From: Lingula anatina
Taxonomy: Eukaryota; Animalia; Brachiopoda
Assembly (NCBI GenBank): GCA_051362555.1
Contig: CM120641.1
Coordinates: 45,018,401-45,082,400 of the forward strand
DNA: 64,000 nt
Direction: 5' to 3'
Shown here piece by piece: positions 50,642 to 64,000 of the stretch; positions within the stretch are counted from its first letter, which is position 1; each line of letters starts with the position of its first letter. A program made the position numbers and the translations under genes. The notes beneath the pieces were generated by a model, which made no database searches, had not been told where the DNA came from, and saw nothing but the letters and a program-made list of their open reading frames with translations.

Positions 50642-53600
50642 ATGGCAGGGCTGAGGGGGATGAGAGCCCTCCAGAAATGGGCTCAAGTCAGAACAGACGG
50701 CTACAAAGACGTCCATGTCTGTGATATGAGCAAGTCTTGGAGGAATGGGCTCGCTTTCTGTGCTATTATTCACAGATATAGACCAGACTTGATGTAAGAT
50801 GAGAATATTGTTTTTGATTTTTTTTTTTTCAAAATATATTTTTATGTGAACAAGAATGAAACATGGTCTTTTAAAGATGTTAGAAGTTATTTTTTACTCT
50901 TCTAGAACTTTTTGTCCTTTTCAAACTAGAGAAAAGGACATTTCACTCTGAGTTGATCATTTGTTAAAATTTACTTGCAACCATATTTAGGTATCTTACA
51001 TTTTGAATCAGAGTACTCAATACATTTTTCTGAGCATTAACAGAGAAGATACATGTGCAGTTATGTGAAACATTAATTCATATGTAATCTTACTTCATGT
51101 TCTTGATAAAGAGATGAGATGAGAAGATGAGATGATTCCTTTATATGTGACAAATCTTTCTTTTTCCTCTTTCAGAGACTTTGATGCCTTGTCAAAGGAG
51201 AATGTTTATGAAAATAATTCACTGGTAAAGTACAAATTTACTTTTAAAAAATTGTCAGATATTTTAAGATTATTATGTTGAATCCATGTTATATCATCAT
51301 TTGGTAAATCCTGCTCAACTCTGAGACAAGCAATAAAATGGTTGTAAATGCTTTGACTACCTGCATGAATATATTATGAATATATTATAAGACTTAATTT
51401 AGTTTCCTTATCATGGTGGGATTTATCTATTGTAATTCAATTCATAGTGACTGGGTGGATTGGTGAAAGAATGTCGAGGTTATTCAATTTTTGACTTCTA
51501 TGTCATTTTTATCAAGGTTTTAAGTTAGGGCATGTAATTAAATGTGATGATTACAAAGACCTGTGCTAATTAATTTCAGGATATACTTCATAGTATTAAG
51601 TTTACAGAGGAAAAAATATATAGAGTTGTGTAGGGTCTGCTTTTTCTTTTCAAATGAAAGTGCATCTTTGATGTATAACACAGACTGGAAGTATATTAAA
51701 AAATAAATAGTCCATTTATATTGAAATCTAACCCCCTCCCCCTCCAATTTTGGTTAATCTGCTCATCAAATTAGATATGAGAAAGACACAATAAGAATAG
51801 CAAAGATGCATACTTTTGTGAATATGTAACATTTCTGCTGATTGATAGTCATTAAATTTTGATCACATTCACAGAATGTTGATTGCACATTCTCGATTAA
51901 TTTCTCCTGGAACCTCAGATAATAGGATGTCTTCATATTTTATTCATGCTGGAGATTTGTGGAATGCCTGCATGATTTTTCCTGAATATTTATTTTTTTC
52001 TCTAAGCACACCTTTTATTCTACCGGTGTCTCTTAACAGTAACATACCTGAATTACTCATCTGTGATGTTTAGAGAAGGGCACATATTTTGGCATTCTGT
52101 GAACCAGAGACAGATTTCATTTTAAGATTATTTGTCCATGTACCTCAAAACCTGTTGACTTTCGGCTGTATGACTTGCCAAAGAAATCAATGATCTGCAA
52201 ACAAAGCATTAAGAATGGGCCTATACCCTATCATTAGTTTTTGTAAATATTATTAGTACGCCAGGAGTAAAGTGAAGCCCATAACTCTTTTTATCGCATA
52301 CCTGAGTTATTTGTTTGATTGTTTATCCAAACAGCACATTCTTGCTCTGGTTTATGATTGAAATAATGTTGCTTTAATTTCATAACCATGTAATTCATCC
52401 AACTATGGTTTTTGTCCCACATCATGATGATGGCTGGTTGCTTGGGTTAACATAATATATAAACTTCAGATGGTCTCACCTTTCTAGCCTTTTTTCTTGA
52501 AATCTACCCTTGATTTAGTACTGTACAAATTTTTGATGTGACAAAAGTTATCCAAAATACTTTTTGCCAGGTAATTTCTACTTCCCATAAAATCTACCTT
52601 AATAAATTGTTTAGCATTTGATGCATATAGAGTATGCTAAAGAGATCCCAGACTTATTTTATTGGGAGATTTATGTCAAGCAATCAAGACAGGCCATTAA
52701 GACTTTTGTCACATTAATCTAATGTACATTTAAATGTGTCTGTGTGTGTGGTATTATGAAATGTAGAACTTTTTAAAGTCTACTCCATGATAACGTTTTA
52801 GTCACAAAGTTCGTGTTTGAAAAAACATAGTGAAATAAAAACAAAGCGGTCATGTAGGTCACATTTAAATCATGCTTATTTCACTTCTACATGTTGTTTA
52901 AAGCAATAATAACTCTTCGTTTCGGCCAAAAAATGAATTTTCCTGGAGTAAACAACAATTTTCCCATACTTACCAATGGTTAATGAATCCATTTTTACAT
53001 TCAAAGTTAGTCCCTGGTTTTTTTCTAAAAAGTTTGGTTTTTTGTTAAAATCTCTTAAGAGATTTTAACAGAGTATAGACATCAATGGAGGTCACGTGGT
53101 CTAAAGACAAGTTCAAATATTAGAATAAAAGCTATAACTGCTGTTTTTGTGGTAAAACAGAATATATTATATTTCTATGAGTTATTCACAAGGTTTTTAT
53201 TGTGAAATATTGGTCTCATACGAAGAGTTATTATCCCTTTAAAATATGTTAATTTACGTGTGACCATTCAAGATGTAGATAAGATAATATTTTGTTTTGA
53301 TGTATGTACTAATGTATTCCTGGACGAACATTTGAAAGAATGTGTTTACAATGTTTAAATAGCATTATTGTGTGCCATATCAAATTTAGACAATGAATAT
53401 ACAAGGTTTCTATAATTTCTTCACCTGTCTAGTTGTGAATATTTATAATTTTAAGTCCTGGCCCATGGTGGCACAGTAAAATTTAACTAAACTCTAAACA
53501 TAGTCTGATATGACCATGGAAAATGTAACACTTTTCGACAATTCCATCATTGATCATTAGTTCAAGTTTCTGATTTTTCTAAAAGACTAAAAGAGGCGTT

Positions 53601-56600
53601 ATTCTAGAGTGAGCCCCCATTAAAATACATATATTCTTTCGAAAAATACAAAACCATGATAATAAGAGTTTTATTGAGCACTAAATTTGTATCATATTAA
53701 CATTTTTCAACCTCTTTACCTATATTTGTATATTCACTGCATTATGGCCGCCATGATATATTGCAAATGGAAGGCAGGCATTACAAGTCAGTTACTAAAC
53801 TATTATGGTGAAAGTAGTAACTTAGGCAAAATAGATGCACACTACTAGTAGTAACACTTTTCAGAAATCAAATGATAATTGTATATCAAGGTTTATCTTA
53901 AATTTCAGGCCTTTGAAGTGGCTCAGGTGGAGCTGGGTGTCCCTGCTCTGCTGGATGCAGAGGATATGGTGGCCCTGGAAGTCCCAGATAAACTCAGTAT
54001 TACTACCTATGTGGCTCAGTTATATAACTACTTCAAGGACATGATACCAGGTAGGTTAATATGGACATATGGTGTTTCCCATTGGGCCATAGTTTCCCAA
54101 CGGTAAAATGAAGACCAAAAACTGATTTGGACTGAAAATTTTCTTCTACTTAATTTAATGTAAAACATGAAGTAGTCCACTGAAATAAAGTGGACTACTA
54201 GGTGGACTTGGCTAGACATAACACAGCTAATTGGTTAAAAAAATATTTCATACATGAAGTAATGTTGTCCCAGATTTATGCCCTTATGTGGCACTCTTCA
54301 TGTGCTATATATTTCATGCAGGTGACAATATGATAAGCCCAATTTAAGTTCAGGAAGTTTTTTCATGTTTTCTGATAACAACACACAGAGTTATAGGGGT
54401 TACATTAAGTGATATGTGTAATCTTATCACATGGCAACCAACTTTCATACAGCTTCATTGTTAATCATTAAGTACTGCAGACAGGGTTAAGTGTTGTCTG
54501 GGAGGAAGAAATTAAAGCAGGGAGTAACAAGATCAATAATTGTCAACCATGCATTTAAGAGGACCTTTTTCTGGCTAGTCTGTAGATGAGTGGAAAATAT
54601 ACGGTAATTCTCCAATCTATACGAACGATTTAAATTAATTATTTTTGGAAGATAATCATTTTGTTCGTAAGGCTTGAAATTCAGTCTGCTAAAAATTGCC
54701 ATGCGTTCGTATCCATTGAAATACGGATGGAATACGGCTGTACCTGAAGTTATTTCCACTTACCTACATTGCTAAGTGTAAGCATTACTTTCAGATTAAA
54801 TCACTGTGATCAGCTAAAAGCACAAACAAATTATTCTTGCGATATTGCAATGAATTAAAACAAACTAAACAAAAGTCGGGAATTCAAGTTAAAAAACAAT
54901 TTCTTCATACTAAAGAGGTACATTTCTCCCAAGACAAGACAACATCGTTTTTCCCTGTTATGTTTTACCAAGACAGGACAACATCGTTTTTCCCAACTTC
55001 TGTCAAAAACAGACATGAATATTTTCGTATCCAGTTGCATATTTTATTTATTGCGTGTTTACTTTTAATATGATTTCACATATAGAAAATTTGCAATATT
55101 AATAATGTCACACCCCCTCCCCCCCATTAGGCCTACATAAATTTCTCCCGCCAAAACAAAATACTTGAAACTCCTCACAGTAGATATCACTGACGTTAAT
55201 AGAGATTATACTTGATATAAAAAATAACATCAGCTCAATTCAAGTCTATTTATGAAAGTCTTATACAGCATATTAATTTGCACGCAATCAATGTAAACTT
55301 AATTAGAAAAAATACAGAAAACTGCAGGCAAATTTGTATAAGGTCATACGGCACCTTTATTTTTCACAATCACTAATATCGGTAAGGTTTACCTAATAGT
55401 TGTTCATGAGACAAGGTCTTTAACAAGTAAAAACAAACAAACAAACAAAAAAAAGTACATTAACTTTATCACAACTCCAATTAGAAAAATAAATACAATA
55501 CAAGACAGAACTCCTCTTAAAAAAATTAATTTCCTGATGACTACCAAAAACAAATGAAAAACTCGATCATTGACAATGGATTTCTCATACTCTTCTGTTG
55601 TGCGTGGGTTTCAAGTTTATAGATTTTACTAGAAACCAGTTATCGGTGAAACACTGATGGTGGATGTTGATGATCCAGTCGGCCGGCAGAAGTTAAGAAA
55701 TGATAATAAACAGTAAGTAATTTATGCGTAATGATGCTGTCAATAATTTCTCAATAACAATAGGGTTTTAAAACTACTGGCCTGTAGCTGCCGGCGGGCA
55801 GGTTGAGTCCTCCTATCGTCTCATTCAAAAACAGCACAAATACATGATAACAATCTCTCCTGTCAAGTGGCAGTTCCTTTGTTTGGAACGGTGGTCTGAA
55901 AACTCGCTTTGACGAATCATGGGGCGAGTTTCAATCGGGCACACTTTCTTGCGTTCGGAAAATTTAAATTGTGCCCAAGGTGAGTTTAGCGATCGTTCGT
56001 ACAGAACGGAGACAAAAAATTCAGATTCAGAGAAAAAACGTTTCGTTCGTAATTATTGCGGCGTTCGTATAGATTGGAGAATTACCGTAATGAGATTAGT
56101 AGGAATTGTCCCCATACATACGTGATAAGTTTTACTCTCACAGGAAAGCATTAAGGGCTCATTCCCAATGAAACTATCATTCTAGGTAGATTGTTCCAAT
56201 TCTGTGGGGACTTTCGCTGAATGCAGTCAGATTAACAGATTAACACCTCTCTCCTTTGTATCCAACATACTCAGTACAGTATTCTATTCAATGCCAGGAG
56301 GCATGTTCATTGCATTCAACAAGAGTCTCCGGGAGTTAGGGAGTCAATCTATGTAGAATGATAGACAAATAAATAAATACAGTTTGGTTTGGAGTGTCAT
56401 GTTTAACTAAACTACTATTAATGGACAAATTGCAACATTTTTAACATAAGTGTGGTCAGGTAAAGGTAATTGGCCATGCTTGGCAGATGAGTAAAAGAAA
56501 AGGCATCATTGTTACTTATTTGGTAAAGTGTCTTGTGAAAAAAAAAACTTGAAGACAGTTTGTCAGCAGCTCCAAATATGGTCCATTTCCGAGTATGTAT

Positions 56601-59600
56601 GTGGAGCAGGAAGCATTGGGGCCAAATACTCCATTTGTATTCATAAGGCAACAAACTAACTCATCCCTAAACTGACATTGTATATATATTTATGGTTTAG
56701 TGAAGACATATAGCTTTGAAGGTGATAACTTTGCCCAGAGCAGAGAAAGTTCATACATGGAGGCCAGCCAGTCTAAGATACATGATCTGTCTCTACTGTC
56801 ATATGGATGATCTAATCTGTGGACTGAATTTTCTGATGTATTTCATGCATGAGACAACAAGTAGTGTGTATAAGATTGATAATATATATGGTAGCACTCT
56901 CCACATATAATATGCTGATATCAGCCTGTACATGTATGTGTACACATATACATGCACACACTCGCACACTAAAATCTAGACATTGACCAGTAAATGGGTT
57001 GCCTACAAATCTTCTCTCTGTTTCTTCTTTTTCTTTCTCTCTTGGAGCCAAAGATTTATAAAGATGTTCCTCCGTTCACTTAAAATATCGTGGATACAGA
57101 ACCACCTATTTCTCATATATCTTGATGGTCAAATCCACTGATAAGGCAGACATAATACGCATGTATATAAGTATTAGTGTGGTATGTTGAGATTGATATA
57201 AGGTGGGAATGTATCACTGGTAGCACTCTGGCTTTAACACTCCTGCAGTGGTACAATACAAAACAATAGAAACGACCCCATTTGTAACAATTTGCCATAT
57301 TTCATAGTCTTGCTGGCCTCCATTTATTTGTCATATGTCTTGAGGGAAAATCAAGGGCAGTTCATTAAAGTGAACAGCATAAGGACTTTAACTTATATAC
57401 TTTTTCTCTCATATCAGTTTCATGATAGATTAGTTTTTATTCAAACAGGACACAGACAGACATGGGCTTGAATACAAATTAGTTTAACTTAAATGTGTGC
57501 ATAGCCAAAAACCAATCCTTGAGTTTTTAAAACCATAAGAGGGTTTAGACTGTTGTTGAACACTTTGAGCTTAGTCAGGGTGAGGCGCCTAGAATCTTAT
57601 CATAGCAAAACAGATGCTTGATATCTCCCATCTTGGATATAGTTTCTCTTCAATACAAAAGAAGTGCTATGGTTGCCTAGAATTTTAGTATAATTATAAT
57701 AGTCCTTCAAAAGGACAATTTACATAGCGAAACTCAGTTTTCTCTTTTCAAGGCTAATATAATTTGGAATGCTTTTTGTTGTTGTTGTTAAGCTATGAAG
57801 TGTGCTAGCTACAATTCATTTATTTTTATTTTTCAAATAGAAGTATATAACTACAACTTCTTTCTTGAATTAATTTTTCAACCAAAATATGTATTGGATA
57901 TGGCGATTTGCTCTGAACAAGTTTTATCTGAAAATTCATGTTTAATTTTTCTGTACTAGTAAACATTTGGCACATTCCAAAGGGTAATATAAAATAAACT
58001 AGGGTTTTAGGGAAATACAGGAATACCACAGAGCAATGACACTAAGACCACAACTATTTTGTCTCTTTCGTGGATGGGGGTTATATGGTGGGAGGGGGGG
58101 GGGATATATTCTTATTAAAACTCTTTTGCTGTTAGCTCATGACGCATCTGCCAGACTTAAATATAGTCTTTTTGATTAAATATAGTCCTTGTAATTGGCA
58201 CTATTTAAAGAATAATGTGAAAGGTATTTGGCCCACACAAAAAAAGCTTAGATGGAAATTTAGAACTATTTATAGATTCGTATAAAGATTGTTCTTGGTG
58301 TGTTTTGAAAGAAACTTGATATTATCATGCTGGTCATACTGATGGCATAAAGTTGGATGGCATTCCATTGTTTAAATACTTCAGTTGCACTCTTCTGCTT
58401 GTCCTGAACCAATATTTTAATATTTATTTTATTTTTATCAAAAATTAAAATTAGGAGTAAGTGACAGATAACAAATGTGTTTGGATTTTGTTAATATAAC
58501 ATTATAAAAAAGAATGCTTTGTTTTTAACATAAAAGAAGTTTTATGTCAGAGATTTAAAAAGTTATGAAAAGTAAATAATATTGCTATTATATTGTTGCT
58601 GTGAGCACATTTACAAGAAAGTAAAATAGCCCTACTGTATAAGAATATTGCTTAATTTCTATATTTCTTGTTCAGTTGGTGGCCCGGACGTGAAGGCTCC
58701 AATAAAGCGTCATTCTGCTGCGCCATCTTCTCCACTTCAGAGTCCAAAACGGATCACATTTGACAAGAAAAGCAAACAGCAGGTAATAGACTCTGACATT
58801 CTTTATCTTATAACATAAACCAACATCAATAATGCCATAAAGTAGACATGAAGTAGAGAAGAGCTTGGGTGTGATTTGATTGCTTTATGACTAGGAAAAT
58901 TACTTATTCATGCCTTGTGTTGTTTGTGGTCAAAGCTGTTTGGGATTCCGGTATTATACATTATTCAGTTTTATTGCATTTTCCCAACTGAAGTTAAACC
59001 TTGCATCATCAAGATATTTAAACAATCCATTTCTGTCCAGCATGTGTGACCCTCTCTTCATTTATATTTAAGCATGAAAGTGTGTGCTTCATATGTATCT
59101 GCAAGAAATGAAATTAGCTTTGCAGAGCTCAAATTTATGTATTTTTAAAATTGAATGTCTCCTTTGATTAAAAAACACCACCTTGCTTGGCTATTTCACT
59201 GATAAACCATTCAAAATTTGCAATAAAAGCAGTTATGGTGTTTTGTATTGTGTATTTTTGTAATTTTTTTACAAAATAACATTGCTGCCTGGCTGAGGGT
59301 ATCTTTGCATGTACATTTTCGTCTATCTTATTTCAATTTCATGTCCTATTTTTCTGCCACATGTTTTTCTGCCTGCTGGAGAACGGATTTCAACATGGCG
59401 GTGGTGGTAAATCACAGACCCTGCATGTACCTCAGGGAGTATATATGGGAGATTGTTGTCTTTGAAACTGGCCTTCTAATGGTATTTATTACTAAGAGTA
59501 TATACCATCAAGTAACTTGTGGTAAAATGCTGTATATACATTGGTTTCGAAGGTAAATTTATAAAAGTCATTTGGGTAAATTCTCTGTGATTGGTGCTAG

Positions 59601-61959
59601 AGGTAATCTGTCTGACCAATAGAAAAAAAGAGCGAATATGCAGCCATCTTGATTAGAGATCCAACTTGTATAGCAGCAGCCTGCTCTTTCTCTGCCACTA
59701 AGCACTGGGCTATCATGATCCTCCCCACAATATGCACTGTAGCTTTTTCATCAGACTGCATTGTGTCTAAGGACATATAGAGCTTAGCCTAGCTACTTAA
59801 AACACAAACAGTGAAACATGCTTCTTCTAAGCTGATGCTATATGTGTTTTATGTTTGTACAGTGACATAATTGTCAGTTTTTAGAGACTGGATTGTTAAA
59901 CCGTTCAGAAATTTTTATGAATCTATGAAAGAGACAGTCACCAAAGTCTCATATTGCTAAACACTAAACAGAGCAGGGAGAGGGGGGCTTGTTGGAAGAA
60001 CTTAGTGTCGGCCAACACGTCGTTTAAAATTAAGTTCAAAGGTATGTTGGTCATGTTTTTGGTACTCTTAGACTTGAGTGTAATACTCTCAATCAAAATA
60101 TTGCACTGTCAGATAATAATCACCTGGAATCTATGCTTTTTTTAATTAAAAAAATATTTATTTCTTGAAAATATTGTAACAACTTAAAACTGCACAATTT
60201 ATGCACGCATATATTAAATCTTGTTTCTACCCACTGATGCTGACATTGATATCTGCTTCCCTAATAATACTGCGTCTAGGCCCATCTACTTAATTCCTTC
60301 ATACACAGTTTAAAACGGCATATTACATATATTCAATCAGATAATCCTGTGGGAAGTAGTATGTATCACTGTTTGTGTGGAAATTATATGGAGATCACTT
60401 GGCTTGGGATCACTGCAGACATGGCATTATGAATACATGTGTGAATATATGGAGACTTGAGGAACACTGCCCTCACATTTGAACACTACAAAAACTTTTC
60501 CCAATAGGTGGATGCCAGCCCATTGCTAGAGACTGGAAAGATTGCAACAGCACAGGATAAAAGTAGTGGAGCAGTTGTTGGTGCTTTGAGTTCCAAAAGT
60601 ATCAAAGGTGGCGCAGGTGATACATCATGGGAACATGGTGGTAGCCATGGTCGTACTGGTCTTAACATGACAAAGAAGAGGAGTCTTGGTGAAATTTTGA
60701 ATCCAGCTAAAAAGAAAGGAATGTCAGAACCTAAAGCGGAACATCCAGAAATTAATACGCATGCGAAATCACTCTATGCAACATCAGTTCAGGTAAACGT
60801 TGAGATTCCCCCTTCCTCTCATGCTTCCAAAGAAATACAACAGATAGAGAGAGAGCCGAAACCTGTGATGAAGGCAAAGCTTCCCCATCCTCCTGCTGAT
60901 ATGAATCTTATGGAAACTCATGAGCATGCAAAGCCCGATAATCCCAACCTAGTCCATTACCCTTCCAAAGCTAAAACGCAACATACTGTTAGACCTCAAT
61001 ATAAAACAGCCAAGGTCATAGCTAAGGTGTCTTCTCCATCCCTTGCTTCAAAGGATGATGATGATGATGAAAAGCAGAGACAAGCAAAGCCAACTGTGAT
61101 TCAGCCCTCTGTGCATAAAGCTGATACGCATTCTGGTGGACCAAAAAATACAACTGCATGGGTAAAAGCTACAGCCCCCTCTCCCTTCCCTCCATCGCAG
61201 TTTAGGAAGAGATCCTCGCAAGATAAAGAGGAAGAACTGCATAAACCTGTGAAAGCAAGTTCATTTCAGCCTTCAGCTCCAAAAGCTGCTCATTTTGATC
61301 CCCAAGCTTTGTTCAAAGCTGCCCAAAGGAAACAACAACAACAACAACATGGAGCAGGAGGAGGCGACACAAAAGATCGAAAAGCATTGCAGAGTCCTGA
61401 GAGTGGAGAGCAGAAGACGGCGCCTTTTTCAGCTAAGAACCTCAAGCCTGTCCCTAAGAATGCAAAGGGTTCCAGCCAGGATAGTATAGGTCTTAGCAGA
61501 CCACCTTTAACTCCAGCAAAGAACCTCAGGCCTGTCCCTGAGAATGCAAAGGGATCCAGCCATGACAAGCTAAAGAAAAACGCACCCTGGAGTAGACCTC
61601 CAGTTGCCACAGGATACAGCATTGACAAGGGTAATGAAATCCGACCTACGAGATCAAAGTCTGCATCTTCTGTGGCAGAAGGTTCTTCAGTAGGAAAAGA
61701 AGTGAAGAGGTATCCAAGTTATGAAGAAAAGGTGACTCCTGCCCATGCAAAAGCAGACGACAGTAAGGATGTTAGACCTATTTCCATTAAAGACCTGATA
61801 TCAAAATATGAAAGCAACAAAATGGATGAGACAGATTCTGCCAAGGGAAGCGAAACCAAGGAGCAGGTCTTAGTGACCAAAAAACCTGCCAACCAGCAAA
61901 ATAGGGGCAATTCCTTTTGGAATTGGCTGAAATCTTTGTTTTGTTGCCCTTTTGTATGA
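50642..61959 (+). CDS. MICALL: MICAL-like protein (N-terminal type-2 calponin homology domain). Exons 50642-50793, 51176-51224, 53909-54050, 58676-58782, 60508-61959; the locus may continue beyond the window through other exons
   Basis: [51 protein letters not shown]|[16 protein letters not shown]|[42 protein letters not shown] is the MICAL-L-type CH domain. Phases 2/0/1/0 join to the 483-aa ORF through a TTTTCCCAATAG acceptor. Confidence 0.88.
54602..56087. mobile_element. Non-autonomous TA-target DNA transposon with a HIRAN-like relic
   Basis: TA|CGGTAATTCTCCAATCTATACGAACG ... CGTTCGTATAGATTGGAGAATTACCG|TA (26-bp perfect TIR); [26 protein letters not shown] at 55576. Confidence 0.88.
59585..60047 (+). 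promoter_or_regulatory. Possible internal promoter / alternative first exon of the MICAL-like gene
   Basis: ATTGG (59590) and CCAAT (59616) pair; strong orphan donor AAAG|GTATGT at 60041. Confidence 0.35.
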
Positions 61960-64000
61960 ATTCTGAACTTAATGTCCCCCAAAATCTTTCTAGGATAATT
62001 TCATGATGAGAAAAAGAGGTGATATAAGTGCCAATATTTGACTTGTGTCTCAAATTGAGTCATTAAAAACATATAGAAGAATGGACTGTCAGTGTTTATA
62101 TAGCAATATAAGTTTGATGGTTGAATTGAATGATATCAAATAACTTACAGAATCATCCTCTTAGTCGATTCACTCGTAGAATTCATACACAATAAAATTT
62201 GGCCGTGTACTAAAGAAAAGACTGGACTTCAGTTTGACCACACTTGAGGTTTTCCTTAAGAACCACATCAAAAGATCAAAAAGATACGCAAAATCAACAA
62301 ACCTCATCCTTCAGTTAACACATACTATACAATGGGTAAGATGATATATGTGGGCATGAGTAAACTTCATGTGTCATTTCATGTGTGTCTCCGAATATGC
62401 TTTTCATTAGTTACAGCTTTATGTTTGCTGCAGCTTTTGTTGTGTGTATTCTGTTATTATAAGGGAGGAGTGGGAAGGACCAAATGACAAAGTATAATGA
62501 TACAGTGCACTGGACACATATAATTCTGCCATATTATTAATATGAGATATCCGGCTGTGATACTGAGGTTACCAAGTACTAAATAGAATGCGGTTTTAGT
62601 TTAAAAAGTTGTTATAGATAAATGTAGAACAGTTGGCAGATCTAGCTTTCTCTCTCCTCCTCCCAAAAAGTTTCAAAAGGTCATTCTGTGCTTACAGAAT
62701 TGTTTCCTTGCTGAGACTCTATTTTTTATTGAATTTTACTGTTTCATTGATATACAACTTTATGATAATATACAAACTTGGGAATAGGAAAGAGGCAAGG
62801 GGGAAAGAATATGTGTCCATCTTTATAATATATAAGTATTTCTAGTGAATACAGTTAACATGTGGCAATCATATTTTGTGATCTCTCTCAGACATGTCTG
62901 ATTATAATTGTTCAGCATTTATTCTGACCACATTATACCAAGACAAGGTTTAGCATTCATATATTCATGCTACTGTGTAATTCAATGTGTTGGTACATTT
63001 TGATTACGTGTCATCTTCACCTTTTGCTCTTGTCAAGCCTAATGGATGTGCAGAGAATGAGAAACATCAATCAAAACTATAAGATGACGTTAATGACTTT
63101 CACATTGGACATAGCCCAAACAAGTGTCTCCCTGTATTACATGCGAGGACATTGCAATAAATTACTACCAGTCCCTTCAGATTATTGAGAGGAGAAATCC
63201 TACAGCTGTTTAGATTGCCAACTGTGATATATGAAGGGTTGGTTTGTCACTCGGATAGCCGCAGCAAAGGTTTTTGGTATAAATACCTCCTATGTATTAA
63301 TATAAGGCTATATCTCAAGGCTCAGACGGTCTTACATATAAAAGGCAGATGAAGAAATCCAAAGACTATATTTTACTGCTTGTGGCTTGATGTTGCTGAA
63401 CTATTTATCTACCATTGTTGATCTTTGCTGTGTTACTTGATTCCTTGAAAAATATTTATTATTTTAAGATAAAAATCTTATTCCCTCTCAATGTGAACTT
63501 AATGTATTTTGTTTTCTTCTTTAATTCTGCACGAACATAAACACAACAGTTGTCTTAATTGCCATTTGTATTTGTTGGTTGATGAGCTTTGAACAAGGGT
63601 ATCTTAAAATCAAATGTATCTGTGACTATTACTTAAGTCATAACCTAATGTAAGCAATTATAATTCCACCAAATAAACATGAACTTTAAAACTGGTTTCG
63701 TGCTACTTCTGTGGTGAACTTATATACCAAAAAAAAAAAAAAAAAAAAAACATGACCAGGCATGGAATATACGTACCTAGCATATTAATAGTCACCGTTA
63801 GTTACAGGCAGTTATTTTTGTTTCCCTGTTAGTACGTCCCTGTGTGTGTGTGTATGTGTGTATTTAGATCCAGGTGCTTTTCCAAGTGCACAAGTCCACC
63901 TGTATGATAATTTGAATATGCTAGTTAGGATACCTATCATAGACAGGTATTTTGTTTGCACAGTATATGATGCCATTCTGAAAATAAAACTTTGACATTT

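Noticed and set aside
275-63188. Most 60-160 aa ORFs in the supplied track
   Set aside because: Intronic or low-complexity chance ORFs, or partial and off-frame overlaps of exons already assigned.

Overview
AT-rich, intron-rich eukaryotic (invertebrate, probably mollusc-like) DNA; no prokaryotic operons, CRISPR arrays, rRNA or tRNA were seen. The minus strand carries the 5' part of WDR90/POC16 (ATG at 48087, at least 25 coding exons, running off the left edge). The plus strand carries a head-to-head MICAL-like (N-terminal CH domain) gene whose last visible exon ends in an unusual amphipathic ...FCCPFV* tail. One WDR90 intron is 34 kb (6000-40005). It holds two antisense nested paralogous genes of unknown family: gene A (~550 aa) and gene B (~2480 aa, with a 31/62-aa tandem repeat). 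They share an N-terminal exon, non-coding 5' sequence and a C-terminal PxQxxD / YxxL-V module, but their repeat middles are unrelated. The same intron holds a defective intron-containing IS3EU transposon with intact TIRs and a 6-bp TSD, THAP and Tc1 transposase relics, several MITEs and a palindrome-seeded minisatellite. All calls are from reading the sequence by eye; no searches were run.
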